Shown here: piece by piece, positions 38,001 to 53,000 of the stretch
Layout: each line of letters starts with the position of its first letter
How positions within the stretch are numbered: the first letter of the stretch is position 1
DNA from: the human T2T-CHM13v2.0 reference genome, Homo sapiens
Assembly: GCF_009914755.1 (NCBI RefSeq)
Contig: NC_060947.1
Strand: one strand, 5' to 3'
Length of the DNA stretch: 64,000 bases
Notes under the pieces: model-generated
Told to the model about the DNA's origin: nothing
What the model saw: the letters and a program-made list of their open reading frames with translations, nothing else
Databases searched by the model: none
Translations under genes and position numbers: made by a program

Positions 38001-41000
38001 CCACTTGCAGATTCTCGAAAAAGAGTGTTTCATAGCTGCTCTTTCAAAAGGAAAGTTCAACTCTGGGAGTTGAATACAAACATCACAAAGTAGTTTCCGA
38101 GAATGCTTCTGTTTAGTTTTTATGTGAAGATGATCCCGTTTCCAGTGAAATCTTCAAAGAGGTCCACATATCCCCTTGCAGATTCCAAAGAAAGAGGGTT
38201 TCAAAACTGCTCCATCAGAAGGATTGTTCAACTCTGTGAGTTGAATGCAGTCATCGCAGAAAACTTTCTGAGAATGCTTCTGTCTAGGTTTGATGTGAAG
38301 ATATAGACGTTTCAAACGAAGGCTACAAAGTGGTCAAAATATACACTTGCAGATTCTACTACAAGGGTGTTGCAAACCTGAACTATCAAAGGAAGGTTCA
38401 ACTCTGTGAGTTGAATACAAACATCACAAAGAATGTTCTGAGTTTGCTTCCGTTCAGTTATGGGAAGTTGATCCCGTTTCCAACGAAATCCTCAGAGAGG
38501 TCCAAATATCCCCTTGCAGATTCTACAAAACGTGTGTTTGGAAACTGCTCCATCATAACGAATGTTCAGCTCCCTGAGTTAAACTCCATCGTCACAAAGA
38601 ATTTTCTGAGAGTGCTACCGTGTGGTTTTTATATGAAATTCTTTCCTTCACTACCACAGACCTCAAAGCGGTCCAAATCTCCACTTGCAGATTCTACAAA
38701 AAGAGTGTTTGCAAACTGCTCTATCAAAAGGAATGTTCAACTCTGGGAGTTGAATGCAATCATCACAGAGCAGTTTCTGAGAATGCTTCTATGTCGTTTT
38801 TAGGAGAAGATATTTCCTTTTCCAACACAGTCCTCCAAGCCCGCTAAATAGCCACTTGCACATTGTAGAAAAAGTGTGTCAAAGCTGCGCTATCAAAGGG
38901 AAAGTTCAACTCTGTGAGGTGAATGCAAACATCCCAAAGAAGTTTCTGAGAATGCTTCCGTTTAGCTTTTAGGTGAAGATTATCCCGTTTCCAACGAAAC
39001 CTTCAAAGAGGTCCAAATATCCCCTTGCGGATCCCACAGAAAGAGTGTCTCGAAACTGCTGTTTCAAAAGGAATCTTCAACTCTGTGAGTTGAATGCAAT
39101 CATCACAAAGAAGTTTCTGACAATGCTTCTCTCTCGTCTTTCTGTGAAGGTAAAGGAAAAGGCTTTCAGGCCTTTTCCACCACAGGCCTGAAAGCGCTCC
39201 AAATGTCCACTTGCAGATTCTGCCAAAAGAATATTTCAAAACTGCTCTATGAAAAGCAATGTTAAACTCTGTGGCTCGAACACAAACATCACAAAGCGGT
39301 TTCTGAGAATGCTTCAGTTTAGTTTTTCTGTGGAAATATTCCCGTTTCCAAAGAAATCTTCAAAGAGGTCCACGTATCCACTTACAGATTCTACAAAAAG
39401 ACAGTTTCAAAACTGCTCCATCAAAAGGAGGGTTCAACTGTGTGACTTGAATGCAATCATCACTCAGAAGTTTCTGAGAATGCTTCTCTTTAGTTTTTAC
39501 GTGAACATATACCCGTTTCGAACGAAGGCCAGCCAGTGGTCCAAATATCCACTTGCAGATTCTACAGAAAGAGTGTTTCGAACCTGAACTCTCAAAGGCA
39601 GGTTCATCTCTGTGAGTTAAATGCATTCATCATGAAGAACTTTCTCAGAGTGTTTGTGTTTAGTTATGGGAAATTATTCCCGTTTCCAACGAAATCCTCA
39701 GAGAGGTCCAAATATCCACCTGCAGATTCTACCAAAAGTGTATTTGGAAACTGCTCCATCAAAAGGCATGTTCAGCTCTGTGAGTGAAACTCCATCATCA
39801 CAAAGAATATTCTGAGAATGCTTCCGTTTGCCTTTTATATGAAGTTCCTTCCTATACGACCGTAGGCCTCAAAGCAGTCCAAATCTCCATTTGCAGATTC
39901 TACAAAAAGAGTGATTCCAATCTGCTCTATCAATAGGATTGTTCAACTCCATGAGTTGAATGCCATCCTCACAAAGTAGTTTCTGAGAATGCTTCTATCT
40001 AGTTTTTATGTGAAGATATTTCCTTTTCCACCACAGGCCTCAAAGCCCTCCAAACGTCCACTTGCAGATTCTCGAAAAAGAGTGTTTCATAGCTGCTCTT
40101 TCAAAAGGAAAGTTCAACTCTGGGAGTTGAATACAAACATCACAAAGTAGTTTCCGAGAATGCTTCTGTTTAGTTTTTATGTGAAGATGATCCCGTTTCC
40201 AGTGAAATCTTCAAAGAGGTCCACATATCCCCTTGCAGATTCCAAAGAAAGAGGGTTTCAAAACTGCTCCATCAGAAGGATTGTTCAACTCTGTGAGTTG
40301 AATGCAGTCATCGCAGAAAACTTTCTGAGAATGCTTCTGTCTAGGTTTGATGTGAAGATATAGACGTTTCAAACGAAGGCTACAAAGTGGTCAAAATATA
40401 CACTTGCAGATTCTACTACAAGGGTGTTGCAAACCTGAACTATCAAAGGAAGGTTCAACTCTGTGAGTTGAATACAAACATCACAAAGAATGTTCTGAGT
40501 TTGCTTCCGTTCAGTTATGGGAAGTTGATCCCGTTTCCAACGAAATCCTCAGAGAGGTCCAAATATCCCCTTGCAGATTCTACAAAACGTGTGTTTGGAA
40601 ACTGCTCCATCATAACGAATGTTCAGCTCCCTGAGTTAAACTCCATCGTCACAAAGAATTTTCTGAGAGTGCTACCGTCTGGTTTTTATATGATGCTCTT
40701 TCCTTCACTACCACAGGCCTCAAAGCGGTCCAAATCTCCACTTGCAGATTCTACAAAAAGAGTGTTTGCAAACTGCTCTATCAAAAGGAATGTTCAACTC
40801 TGGGAGTTGAATGCAATCATCACAGAGCAGTTTCTGAGAATGCTTCTATGTCGATTTTAGGAGAAGATATTTCCTTTTCCAACACAGTCCTCCAAGCCCG
40901 CTAAATAGCCACTTGCACATTGTAGAAAAAGTGTGTCAAAGCTGCGCTATCAAAGGGAAAGTTCAACTCTGTGAGGTGAATGCAAACATCCCAAAGAAGT

Positions 41001-44000
41001 TTCTGAGAATGCTTCCGTTTAGCTTTTAGGTGAAGATTATCCCGTTTCCAACGAAACCTTCAAAGAGGTCCAAATATCCCCTTGCGGATCCCACAGAGTG
41101 TTTCGAAACTGCTGTTTCAAAAGGAATCTTCAACTCTGTGAGTTGAATGCAATCATCACAAAGAAGTTTCTGACAATGCTTCTCTCTCGTCTTTCTGTGA
41201 AGGTAAAGGAAAAGGCTTTCAGGCCTTTTCCACCACAGGCCTGAAAGCGCTCCAAATGTCCACTTGCAGATTCTGCCAAAAGAATATTTCAAAACTGCTC
41301 TATGAAAAGCAATGTTAAACTCTGTGGCTCGAACACAAACATCACAAAGCGGTTTCTGAGAATGCTTCAGTTTAGTTTTTCTGTGGAAATATTCCCGTTT
41401 CCAAAGAAATCTTCAAAGAGGTCCACGTATCCACTTACAGATTCTACAAAAAGACAGTTTCAAAACTGCTCCATCAAAAGGAGGGTTCAACTGTGTGACT
41501 TGAATGCAATCATCACTCAGAAGTTTCTGAGAATGCTTCTCTTTAGTTTTTACGTGAACATATACCCGTTTCGAACGAAGGCCAGCCAGTGGTCCAAATA
41601 TCCACTTGCAGATTCTACAGAAAGAGTGTTTCGAACCTGAACTCTCAAAGGCAGGTTCATCTCTGCGAGTTAAATGCATTCATCATGAAGAACTTTCTCA
41701 GAGTGTTTGTGTTTAGTTATGGGAAATTATTCCCGTTTCCAACGAAATCCTCAGAGAGGTCCAAATATCCACCTGCAGATTCTACCAAAAGTGTATTTGG
41801 AAACTGCTCCATCAAAAGGCATGTTCAGCTCTGTGAGTGAAACTCCATCATCACAAAGAATATTCTGAGAATGCTTCCGTTTGCCTTTTATATGAAGTTC
41901 CTTCCTATACGACCGTAGGCCTCAAAGCAGTCCAAATCTCCATTTGCAGATTCTACAAAAAGAGTGATTCCAATCTGCTCTATCAATAGGATTGTTCAAC
42001 TCCATGAGTTGAATGCCATCCTCACAAAGTCGTTTCTGAGAATGCTTCTATCTAGTTTTTATGTGAAGATATTTCCTTTTCCACCACAGGCCTCAAAGCC
42101 CTCCAAACGTCCACTTGCAGATTCTCGAAAAAGAGTGTTTCATAGCTGCTCTTTCAAAAGGAAAGTTCAACTCTGGGAGTTGAATACAAACATCACAAAG
42201 TAGTTTCCGAGAATGCTTCTGTTTAGTTTTTATGTGAAGATGATCCCGTTTCCAGTGAAATCTTCAAAGAGGTCCACATATCCCCTTGCAGATTCCAAAG
42301 AAAGAGGGTTTCAAAACTGCTCCATCAGAAGGATTGTTCAACTCTGTGAGTTGAATGCAGTCATCGCAGAAAACTTTCTGAGAATGCTTCTGTCTAGGTT
42401 TGATGTGAAGATATAGACGTTTCAAACGAAGGCTACAAAGTGGTCAAAATATACACTTGCAGATTCTACTACAAGGGTGTTGCAAACCTGAACTATCAAA
42501 GGAAGGTTCAACTCTGTGAGTTGAATACAAACATCACAAAGAATGTTCTGAGTTTGCTTCCGTTCAGTTATGGGAAGTTGATCCCGTTTCCAACGAAATC
42601 CTCAGAGAGGTCCAAATATCCCCTTGCAGATTCTACAAAACGTGTGTTTGGAAACTGCTCCATCATAACGAATGTTCAGCTCCCTGAGTTAAACTCCATC
42701 GTCACAAAGAATTTTCTGAGAGTGCTACCGTCTGGTTTTTATATGAAGCTCTTTCCTTCACTACCACAGGCCTCAAAGCGGTCCAAATCTCCACTTGCAG
42801 ATTCTACAAAAAGAGTGTTTGCAAACTGCTCTATCAAAAGGAATGTTCAACTCTGGGAGTTGAATGCAATCATCACAGAGCAGTTTCTGAGAATGCTTCT
42901 ATGTCGTTTTTAGGAGAAGATATTTCCTTTTCCAACACAGTCCTCCAAGCCCGCTAAATAGCCACTTGCACATTGTAGAAAAAGTGTGTCAAAGCTGCGC
43001 TATCAAAGGGAAAGTTCAACTCTGTGAGGTGAATGCAAACATCCCAAAGAAGTTTCTGAGAATGCTTCCGTTTAGCTTTTAGGTGAAGATTATCCCGTTT
43101 CCAACGAAACCTTCAAAGAGGTCCAAATATCCCCTTGCGGATCCCACAGAAAGAGTGTTTCGAAACTGCTGTTTCAAAAGGAATCTTCAACTCTGTGAGT
43201 TGAATGCAATCATCACAAAGAAGTTTCTGACAATGCTTCTCTCTCGTCTTTCTGTGAAGGTAAAGGAAAAGGCTTTCAGGCCTTTTCCACCACAGGCCTG
43301 AAAGCGCTCCAAATGTCCACTTGCAGATTCTGCCAAAAGAATATTTCAAAACTGCTCTATGAAAAGCAATGTTAAACTCTGTGGCTCGAACACAAACATC
43401 ACAAAGCGGTTTCTGAGAATGCTTCAGTTTAGTTTTTCTGTGGAAATATTCCCGTTTCCAAAGAAATCTTCAAAGAGGTCCACGTATCCACTTACAGATT
43501 CTACAAAAAGACAGTTTCAAAACTGCTCCATCAAAAGGAGGGTTCAACTGTGTGACTTGAATGCAATCATCACTCAGAAGTTTCTGAGAATGCTTCTCTT
43601 TAGTTTTTACGTGAACATATACCCGTTTCGAACGAAGGCCAGCCAGTGGTCCAAATATCCACTTGCAGATTCTACAGAAAGAGTGTTTCGAACATTAACT
43701 CTCAAAGGCAGGTTCATCTCTGCGAGTTAAATGCATTCATCATGAAGAACTTTCTCAGAGTGTTTGTGTTTAGTTATGGGAAATTATTCCCGTTTCCAAC
43801 GAAATCCTCAGAGAGCTCCAAATATCCACCTGCAGATTCTACCAAAAGTGTATTTGGAAACTGCTCCATCAAAAGGCATGTTCAGCTCTGTGAGTGAAAC
43901 TCCATCATCACAAAGAATATTCTGAGAATGCTTCCGTTTGCCTTTTATATGAAGTTCCTTCCTATACGACCGTAGGCCTCAAAGCAGTCCAAATCTCCAT

Positions 44001-47000
44001 TTGCAGATTCTACAAAAAGAGTGATTCCAATCTGCTCTATCAATAGGATTGTTCAACTCCATGAGTTGAATGCCATCCTCACAAAGTCGTTTCTGAGAAT
44101 GCTTCTATCTAGTTTTTATGTGAAGATATTTCCTTTTCCACCACAGGCCTCAAAGCCCTCCAAACGTCCACTTGCAGATTCTCGAAAAAGAGTGTTTCAT
44201 AGCTGCTCTTTCAAAAGGAAAGTTCAACTCTGGGAGTTGAATACAAACATCACAAAGTAGTTTCCGAGAATGCTTCTGTTTAGTTTTTATGTGAAGATGA
44301 TCCCGTTTCCAGTGAAATCTTCAAAGAGGTCCACATATCCCCTTGCAGATTCCAAAGAAAGAGGGTTTCAAAACTGCTCCATCAGAAGGATTGTTCAACT
44401 CTGTGAGTTGAATGCAGTCATCGCAGAAAACTTTCTGAGAATGCTTCTGTCTAGGTTTGATGTGAAGATATAGACGTTTCAAACGAAGGCTACAAAGTGG
44501 TCAAAATATACACTTGCAGATTCTACTACAAGGGTGTTGCAAACCTGAACTATCAAAGGAAGGTTCAACTCTGTGAGTTGAATACAAACATCACAAAGAA
44601 TGTTCTGAGTTTGCTTCCGTTCAGTTATGGGAAGTTGATCCCGTTTCCAACGAAATCCTCAGAGAGGTCCAAATATCCCCTTGCAGATTCTACAAAACGT
44701 GTGTTTGGAAACTGCTCCATCATAACGAATGTTCAGCTCCCTGAGTTAAACTCCATCGTCACAAAGAATTTTCTGAGAGTGCTACCGTCTGGTTTTTATA
44801 TGATGCTCTTTCCTTCACTACCACAGGCCTCAAAGCGGTCCTAATCTCCACTTGCAGATTCTACAAAAAGAGTGTTTGCAAACTGCTCTATCAAAAGGAA
44901 TGTTCAACTCTGGGAGTTGAATGCAATCATCACAGAGCAGTTTCTGAGAATGCTTCTATGTCGTTTTTAGGAGAAGATATTTCCTTTTCCAACACAGTCC
45001 TCCAAGCCCGCTAAATAGCCACTTGCACATTGTAGAAAAAGTGTGTCAAAGCTGCGCTATCAAAGGGAAAGTTCAACTCTGTGAGGTGAATGCAAACATC
45101 CCAAAGAAGTTTCTGAGAATGCTTCCGTTTAGCTTTTAGGTGAAGATTATCCCGTTTCCAACGAAACCTTCAAAGAGGTCCAAATATCCCCTTGCGGATC
45201 CCACAGAAAGAGTGTTTCGAAACTGCTGTTTCAAAAGGAATCTTCAACTCTGTGAGTTGAATGCAATCATCACAAAGAAGTTTCTGACAATGCTTCTCTC
45301 TCGTCTTTCTGTGAAGATAAAGGAAAAGGCTTTCAGGCCTTTTCCACCACAGGCCTGAAAGCGCTCCAAATGTCCACTTGCAGATTCTGCGAAAAGAATA
45401 TTTCAAAACTGCTCTATGAAAAGCAATGTTAAACTCTGTGGCTCGAACACAAACATCACAAAGCGGTTTCTGAGAATGCTTCAGTTTAGTTTTTCTGTGG
45501 AAATATTCCCGTTTCCAAAGAAATCTTCAAAGAGGTCCACGTATCCACTTACAGATTCTACAAAAAGACAGTTTCAAAACTGCTCCATCAAAAGGAGGGT
45601 TCAACTGTGTGACTTGAATGCAATCATCACTCAGAAGTTTCTGAGAATGCTTCTCTTTAGTTTTTACGTGAACATATACCCGTTTCGAACGAAGGCCAGC
45701 CAGTGGTCCAAATATCCACTTGCAGATTCTACAGAAAGAGTGTTTCGAACCTGAACTCTCAAAGGCAGGTTCATCTCTGCGAGTTAAATGCATTCATCAT
45801 GAAGAACTTTCTCAGAGTGTTTGTGTTTAGTTATGGGAAATTATTCCCGTTTCCAACGAAATCCTCAGAGAGGTCCAAATATCCACCTGCAGATTCTACC
45901 AAAAGTGTATTTGGAAACTGCTCCATCAAAAGGCATGTTCAGCTCTGTGAGTGAAACTCCATCATCACAAAGAATATTCTGAGAATGCTTCCGTTTGCCT
46001 TTTATATGAAGTTCCTTCCTATACGACCGTAGGCCTCAAAGCAGTCCAAATCTCCATTTGCAGATTCTACAAAAAGAGTGATTCCAATCTGCTCTATCAA
46101 TAGGATTGTTCAACTCCATGAGTTGAATGCCATCCTCACAAAGTAGTTTCTGAGAATGCTTCTATCTAGTTTTTATGTGAAGATATTTCCTTTTCCACCA
46201 CAGGCCTCAAAGCCCTCCAAACGTCCACTTGCAGATTCTCGAAAAAGAGTGTTTCATAGCTGCTCTTTCAAAAGGAAAGTTCAACTCTGGGAGTTGAATA
46301 CAAACATCACAAAGTAGTTTCCGAGAATGCTTCTGTTTAGTTTTTATGTGAAGATGATCCCGTTTCCAGTGAAATCTTCAAAGAGGTCCACATATCCCCT
46401 TGCAGATTCCAAAGAAAGAGGGTTTCAAAACTGCTCCATCAGAAGGATTGTTCAACTCTGTGAGTTGAATGCAGTCATCGCAGAAAACTTTCTGAGAATG
46501 CTTCTGTCTAGGTTTGATGTGAAGATATAGACGTTTCAAACGAAGGCTACAAAGTGGTCAAAATATACACTTGCAGATTCTACTACAAGGGTGTTGCAAA
46601 CCTGAACTATCAAAGGAAGGTTCAACTCTGTGAGTTGAATACAAACATCACAAAGAATGTTCTGAGTTTGCTTCCGTTCAGTTATGGGAAGTTGATCCCG
46701 TTTCCAACGAAATCCTCAGAGAGGTCCAAATATCCCCTTGCAGATTCTACAAAACGTGTGTTTGGAAACTGCTCCATCATAACGAATGTTCAGCTCCCTG
46801 AGTTAAACTCCATCGTCACAAAGAATTTTCTGAGAGTGCTACCGTCTGGTTTTTATATGAAGCTCTTTCCTTCACTACCACAGGCCTCAAAGCGGTCCAA
46901 ATCTCCACTTGCAGATTCTACAAAAAGAGTGTTTGCAAACTGCTCTATCAAAAGGAATGTTCAACTCTGGGAGTTGAATGCAATCATCACAGAGCAGTTT

Positions 47001-50000
47001 CTGAGAATGCTTCTATGTCGTTTTTAGGAGAAGATATTTCCTTTTCCAACACAGTCCTCCAAGCCCGCTAAATAGCCACTTGCACATTGTAGAAAAAGTG
47101 TGTCAAAGCTGCGCTATCAAAGGGAAAGTTCAACTGTGTGAGGTGAATGCAAACATCCCAAAGAAGTTTCTGAGAATGCTTCCGTTTAGCTTTTAGGTGA
47201 AGATTATCCCGTTTCCAACGAAACCTTCAAAGAGGTCCAAATATCCCCTTGCGGATCCCACAGAAAGAGTGTTTCGAAACTGCTGTTTCAAAAGGAATCT
47301 TCAACTCTGTGAGTTGAATGCAATCATCCCAAAGAAGTTTCTGACAATGCTTCTCTCTCGTCTTTCTGTGAAGATAAAGGAAAAGGCTTTCAGGCCTTTT
47401 CCACCACAGGCCTGAAAGCGCTCCAAAAGTCCACTTGCAGATTCTGCCAAAAGAATATTTCAAAACTGCTCTATGAAAAGCAATGTTAAACTCTGTGGCT
47501 CGAACACAAACATCACAAAGCAGTTTCTGAGAATGCTTCAGTTTAGTTTTTCTGTGGAAATATTCCCGTTTCCAAAGAAATCTTCAAAGAGGTCCACGTA
47601 TCCACTTACAGATTCTACAAAAAGACAGTTTCAAAACTGCTCCATCAAAAGGAGGGTTCAACTGTGTGACTTGAATGCAATCATCACTCAGAAGTTTCTG
47701 AGAATGCTTCTCTTTAGTTTTTACGTGAACATATACCCGTTTCGAACGAAGGCCAGCCAGTGGTCCAAATATCCACTTGCAGATTCTACAGAAAGAGTGT
47801 TTCGAACATTAACTCTCAAAGGCAGGTTCATCTCTGCGAGTTAAATGCATTCATCATGAAGAACTTTCTCAGAGTGTTTGTGTTTAGTTATGGGAAATTA
47901 TTCCCGTTTCCAACGAAATCCTCAGAGAGCTCCAAATATCCACCTGCAGATTCTACCAAAAGTGTATTTGGAAACTGCTCCATCAAAAGGCATGTTCAGC
48001 TCTGTGAGTGAAACTCCATCATCACAAAGAATATTCTGAGAATGCTTCCGTTTGCCTTTTATATGAAGTTCCTTCCTATACGACCGTAGGCCTCAAAGCA
48101 GTCCAAATCTCCATTTGCAGATTCTACAAAAAGAGTGATTCCAATCTGCTCTATCAATAGGATTGTTCAACTCCATGAGTTGAATGCCATCCTCACAAAG
48201 TCGTTTCTGAGAATGCTTCTATCTAGTTTTTATGTGAAGATATTTCCTTTTCCACCACAGGCCTCAAAGCCCTCCAAACGTCCACTTGCAGATTCTCGAA
48301 AAAGAGTGTTTCATAGCTGCTCTTTCAAAAGGAAAGTTCAACTCTGGGAGTTGAATACAAACATCACAAAGTAGTTTCCGAGAATGCTTCTGTTTAGTTT
48401 TTATGTGAAGATGATCCCGTTTCCAGTGAAATCTTCAAAGAGGTCCACATATCCCCTTGCAGATTCCAAAGAAAGAGGGTTTCAAAACTGCTCCATCAGA
48501 AGGATTGTTCAACTCTGTGAGTTGAATGCAGTCATCGCAGAAAACTTTCTGAGAATGCTTCTGTCTAGGTTTGATGTGAAGATATAGACGTTTCAAACGA
48601 AGGCTACAAAGTGGTCAAAATATACACTTGCAGATTCTACTACAAGGGTGTTGCAAACCTGAACTATCAAAGGAAGGTTCAACTCTGTGAGTTGAATACA
48701 AACATCACAAAGAATGTTCTGAGTTTGCTTCCGTTCAGTTATGGGAAGTTGATCCCGTTTCCAACGAAATCCTCAGAGAGGTCCAAATATCCCCTTGCAG
48801 ATTCTACAAAACGTGTGTTTGGAAACTGCTCCATCATAACGAATGTTCAGCTCCCTGAGTTAAACTCCATCGTCACAAAGAATTTTCTGAGAGTGCTACC
48901 GTCTGGTTTTTATATGATGCTCTTTCCTTCACTACCACAGGCCTCAAAGCGGTCCAAATCTCCACTTGCAGATTCTACAAAAAGAGTGTTTGCAAACTGC
49001 TCTATCAAAAGGAATGTTCAACTCTGGGAGTTGAATGCAATCATCACAGAGCAGTTTCTGAGAATGCTTCTATGTCGTTTTTAGGAGAAGATATTTCCTT
49101 TTCCAACACAGTCCTCCAAGCCCGCTAAATAGCCACTTGCACATTGTAGAAAAAGTGTGTCAAAGCTGCGCTATCAAAGGGAAAGTTCAACTCTGTGAGG
49201 TGAATGCAAACATCCCAAAGAAGTTTCTGAGAATGCTTCCGTTTAGCTTTTAGGTGAAGATTATCCCGTTTCCAACGAAACCTTCAAAGAGGTCCAAATA
49301 TCCCCTTGCGGATCCCACAGAAAGAGTGTTTCGAAACTGCTGTTTCAAAAGGAATCTTCAACTCTGTGAGTTGAATGCAATCATCACAAAGAAGTTTCTG
49401 ACAATGCTTCTCTCTCGTCTTTCTGTGAAGATAAAGGAAAAGGCTTTCAGGCCTTTTCCACCACAGGCCTGAAAGCGCTCCAAATGTCCACTTGCAGATT
49501 CTGCGAAAAGAATATTTCAAAACTGCTCTATGAAAAGCAATGTTAAACTCTGTGGCTCGAACACAAACATCACAAAGCGGTTTCTGAGAATGCTTCAGTT
49601 TAGTTTTTCTGTGGAAATATTCCCGTTTCCAAAGAAATCTTCAAAGAGGTCCACGTATCCACTTACAGATTCTACAAAAAGACAGTTTCAAAACTGCTCC
49701 ATCAAAAGGAGGGTTCAACTGTGTGACTTGAATGCAATCATCACTCAGAAGTTTCTGAGAATGCTTCTCTTTAGTTTTTACGTGAACATATACCCGTTTC
49801 GAACGAAGGCCACCCAGTGGTCCAAATATCCACTTGCAGATTCTACAGAAAGAGTGTTTCGAACCTGAACTCTCAAAGGCAGGTTCATCTCTGCGAGTTA
49901 AATGCATTCATCATGAAGAACTTTCTCAGAGTGTTTGTGTTTAGTTATGGGAAATTATTCCCGTTTCCAACGAAATCCTCAGAGAGGTCCAAATATCCAC

Positions 50001-53000
50001 CTGCAGATTCTACCAAAAGTGTATTTGGAAACTGCTCCATCAAAAGGCATGTTCAGCTCTGTGAGTGAAACTCCATCATCACAAAGAATATTCTGAGAAT
50101 GCTTCCGTTTGCCTTTTATATGAAGTTCCTTCCTATACGACCGTAGGCCTCAAAGCAGTCCAAATCTCCATTTGCAGATTCTACAAAAAGAGTGATTCCA
50201 ATCTGCTCTATCAATAGGATTGTTCAACTCCATGAGTTGAATGCCATCCTCACAAAGTAGTTTCTGAGAATGCTTCTATCTAGTTTTTATGTGAAGATAT
50301 TTCCTTTTCCACCACAGGCCTCAAAGCCCTCCAAACGTCCACTTGCAGATTCTCGAAAAAGAGTGTTTCATAGCTGCTCTTTCAAAAGGAAAGTTCAACT
50401 CTGGGAGTTGAATACAAACATCACAAAGTAGTTTCCGAGAATGCTTCTGTTTAGTTTTTATGTGAAGATGATCCCGTTTCCAGTGAAATCTTCAAAGAGG
50501 TCCACATATCCCCTTGCAGATTCCAAAGAAAGAGGGTTTCAAAACTGCTCCATCAGAAGGATTGTTCAACTCTGTGAGTTGAATGCAGTCATCGCAGAAA
50601 ACTTTCTGAGAATGCTTCTGTCTAGGTTTGATGTGAAGATATAGACGTTTCAAACGAAGGCTACAAAGTGGTCAAAATATACACTTGCAGATTCTACTAC
50701 AAGGGTGTTGCAAACCTGAACTATCAAAGGAAGGTTCAACTCTGTGAGTTGAATACAAACATCACAAAGAATGTTCTGAGTTTGCTTCCGTTCAGTTATG
50801 GGAAGTTGATCCCGTTTCCAACCAAATCCTCAGAGAGGTCCAAATATCCCCTTGCAGATTCTACAAAACGTGTGTTTGGAAACTGCTCCATCATAACGAA
50901 TGTTCAGCTCCCTGAGTTAAACTCCATCGTCACAAAGAATTTTCTGAGAGTGCTACCGTCTGGTTTTTATATGAAGCTCTTTCCTTCACTACCACAGGCC
51001 TCAAAGCGGTCCAAATCTCCACTTGCAGATTCTACAAAAAGAGTGTTTGCAAACTGCTCTATCAAAAGGAATGTTCAACTCTGGGAGTTGAATGCAATCA
51101 TCACAGAGCAGTTTCTGAGAATGCTTCTATGTCGTTTTTAGGAGAAGATATTTCCTTTTCCAACACAGTCCTCCAAGCCCGCTAAATAGCCACTTGCACA
51201 TTGTAGAAAAAGTGTGTCAAAGCTGCGCTATCAAAGGGAAAGTTCAACTCTGTGAGGTGAATGCAAACATCCCAAAGAAGTTTCTGAGAATGCTTCCGTT
51301 TAGCTTTTAGGTGAAGATTATCCCGTTTCCAACGAAACCTTCAAAGAGGTCCAAATATCCCCTTGCGGATCCCACAGAAAGAGTGTTTCGAAACTGCTGT
51401 TTCAAAAGGAATCTTCAACTCTGTGAGTTGAATGCAATCATCCCAAAGAAGTTTCTGACAATGCTTCTCTCTCGTCTTTCTGTGAAGGTAAAGGAAAAGG
51501 CTTTCAGGCCTTTTCCACCACAGGCCTGAAAGCGCTCCAAAAGTCCACTTGCAGATTCTGCCAAAAGAATATTTCAAAACTGCTCTATGAAAAGCAATGT
51601 TAAACTCTGTGGCTCGAACACAAACATCACAAAGCAGTTTCTGAGAATGCTTCAGTTTAGTTTTTCTGTGGAAATATTCCCGTTTCCAAAGAAATCTTCA
51701 AAGAGGTCCACGTATCCACTTACAGATTCTACAAAAAGACAGTTTCAAAACTGCTCCATCAAAAGGAGGGTTCAACTGTGTGACTTGAATGCAATCATCA
51801 CTCAGAAGTTTCTGAGAATGCTTCTCTTTAGTTTTTACGTGAACATATACCCGTTTCGAACGAAGGCCAGCCAGTGGTCCAAATATCCACTTGCAGATTC
51901 TACAGAAAGAGTGTTTCGAACATTAACTCTCAAAGGCAGGTTCATCTCTGCGAGTTAAATGCATTCATCATGAAGAACTTTCTCAGAGTGTTTGTGTTTA
52001 GTTATGGGAAATTATTCCCGTTTCCAACGAAATCCTCAGAGAGCTCCAAATATCCACCTGCAGATTCTACCAAAAGTGTATTTGGAAACTGCTCCATCAA
52101 AAGGCATGTTCAGCTCTGTGAGTGAAACTCCATCATCACAAAGAATATTCTGAGAATGCTTCCGTTTGCCTTTTATATGAAGTTCCTTCCTATACGACCG
52201 TAGGCCTCAAAGCAGTCCAAATCTCCATTTGCAGATTCTACAAAAAGAGTGATTCCAATCTGCTCTATCAATAGGATTGTTCAACTCCATGAGTTGAATG
52301 CCATCCTCACAAAGTCGTTTCTGAGAATGCTTCTATCTAGTTTTTATGTGAAGATATTTCCTTTTCCACCACAGGCCTCAAAGCCCTCCAAACGTCCACT
52401 TGCAGATTCTCGAAAAAGAGTGTTTCATAGCTGCTCTTTCAAAAGGAAAGTTCAACTCTGGGAGTTGAATACAAACATCACAAAGTAGTTTCCGAGAATG
52501 CTTCTGTTTAGTTTTTATGTGAAGATGATCCCGTTTCCAGTGAAATCTTCAAAGAGGTCCACATATCCCCTTGCAGATTCCAAAGAAAGAGGGTTTCAAA
52601 ACTGCTCCATCAGAAGGATTGTTCAACTCTGTGAGTTGAATGCAGTCATCGCAGAAAACTTTCTGAGAATGCTTCTGTCTAGGTTTGATGTGAAGATATA
52701 GACGTTTCAAACGAAGGCTACAAAGTGGTCAAAATATACACTTGCAGATTCTACTACAAGGGTGTTGCAAACCTGAACTATCAAAGGAAGGTTCAACTCT
52801 GTGAGTTGAATACAAACATCACAAAGAATGTTCTGAGTTTGCTTCCGTTCAGTTATGGGAAGTTGATCCCGTTTCCAACGAAATCCTCAGAGAGGTCCAA
52901 ATATCCCCTTGCAGATTCTACAAAACGTGTGTTTGGAAACTGCTCCATCATAACGAATGTTCAGCTCCCTGAGTTAAACTCCATCGTCACAAAGAATTTT

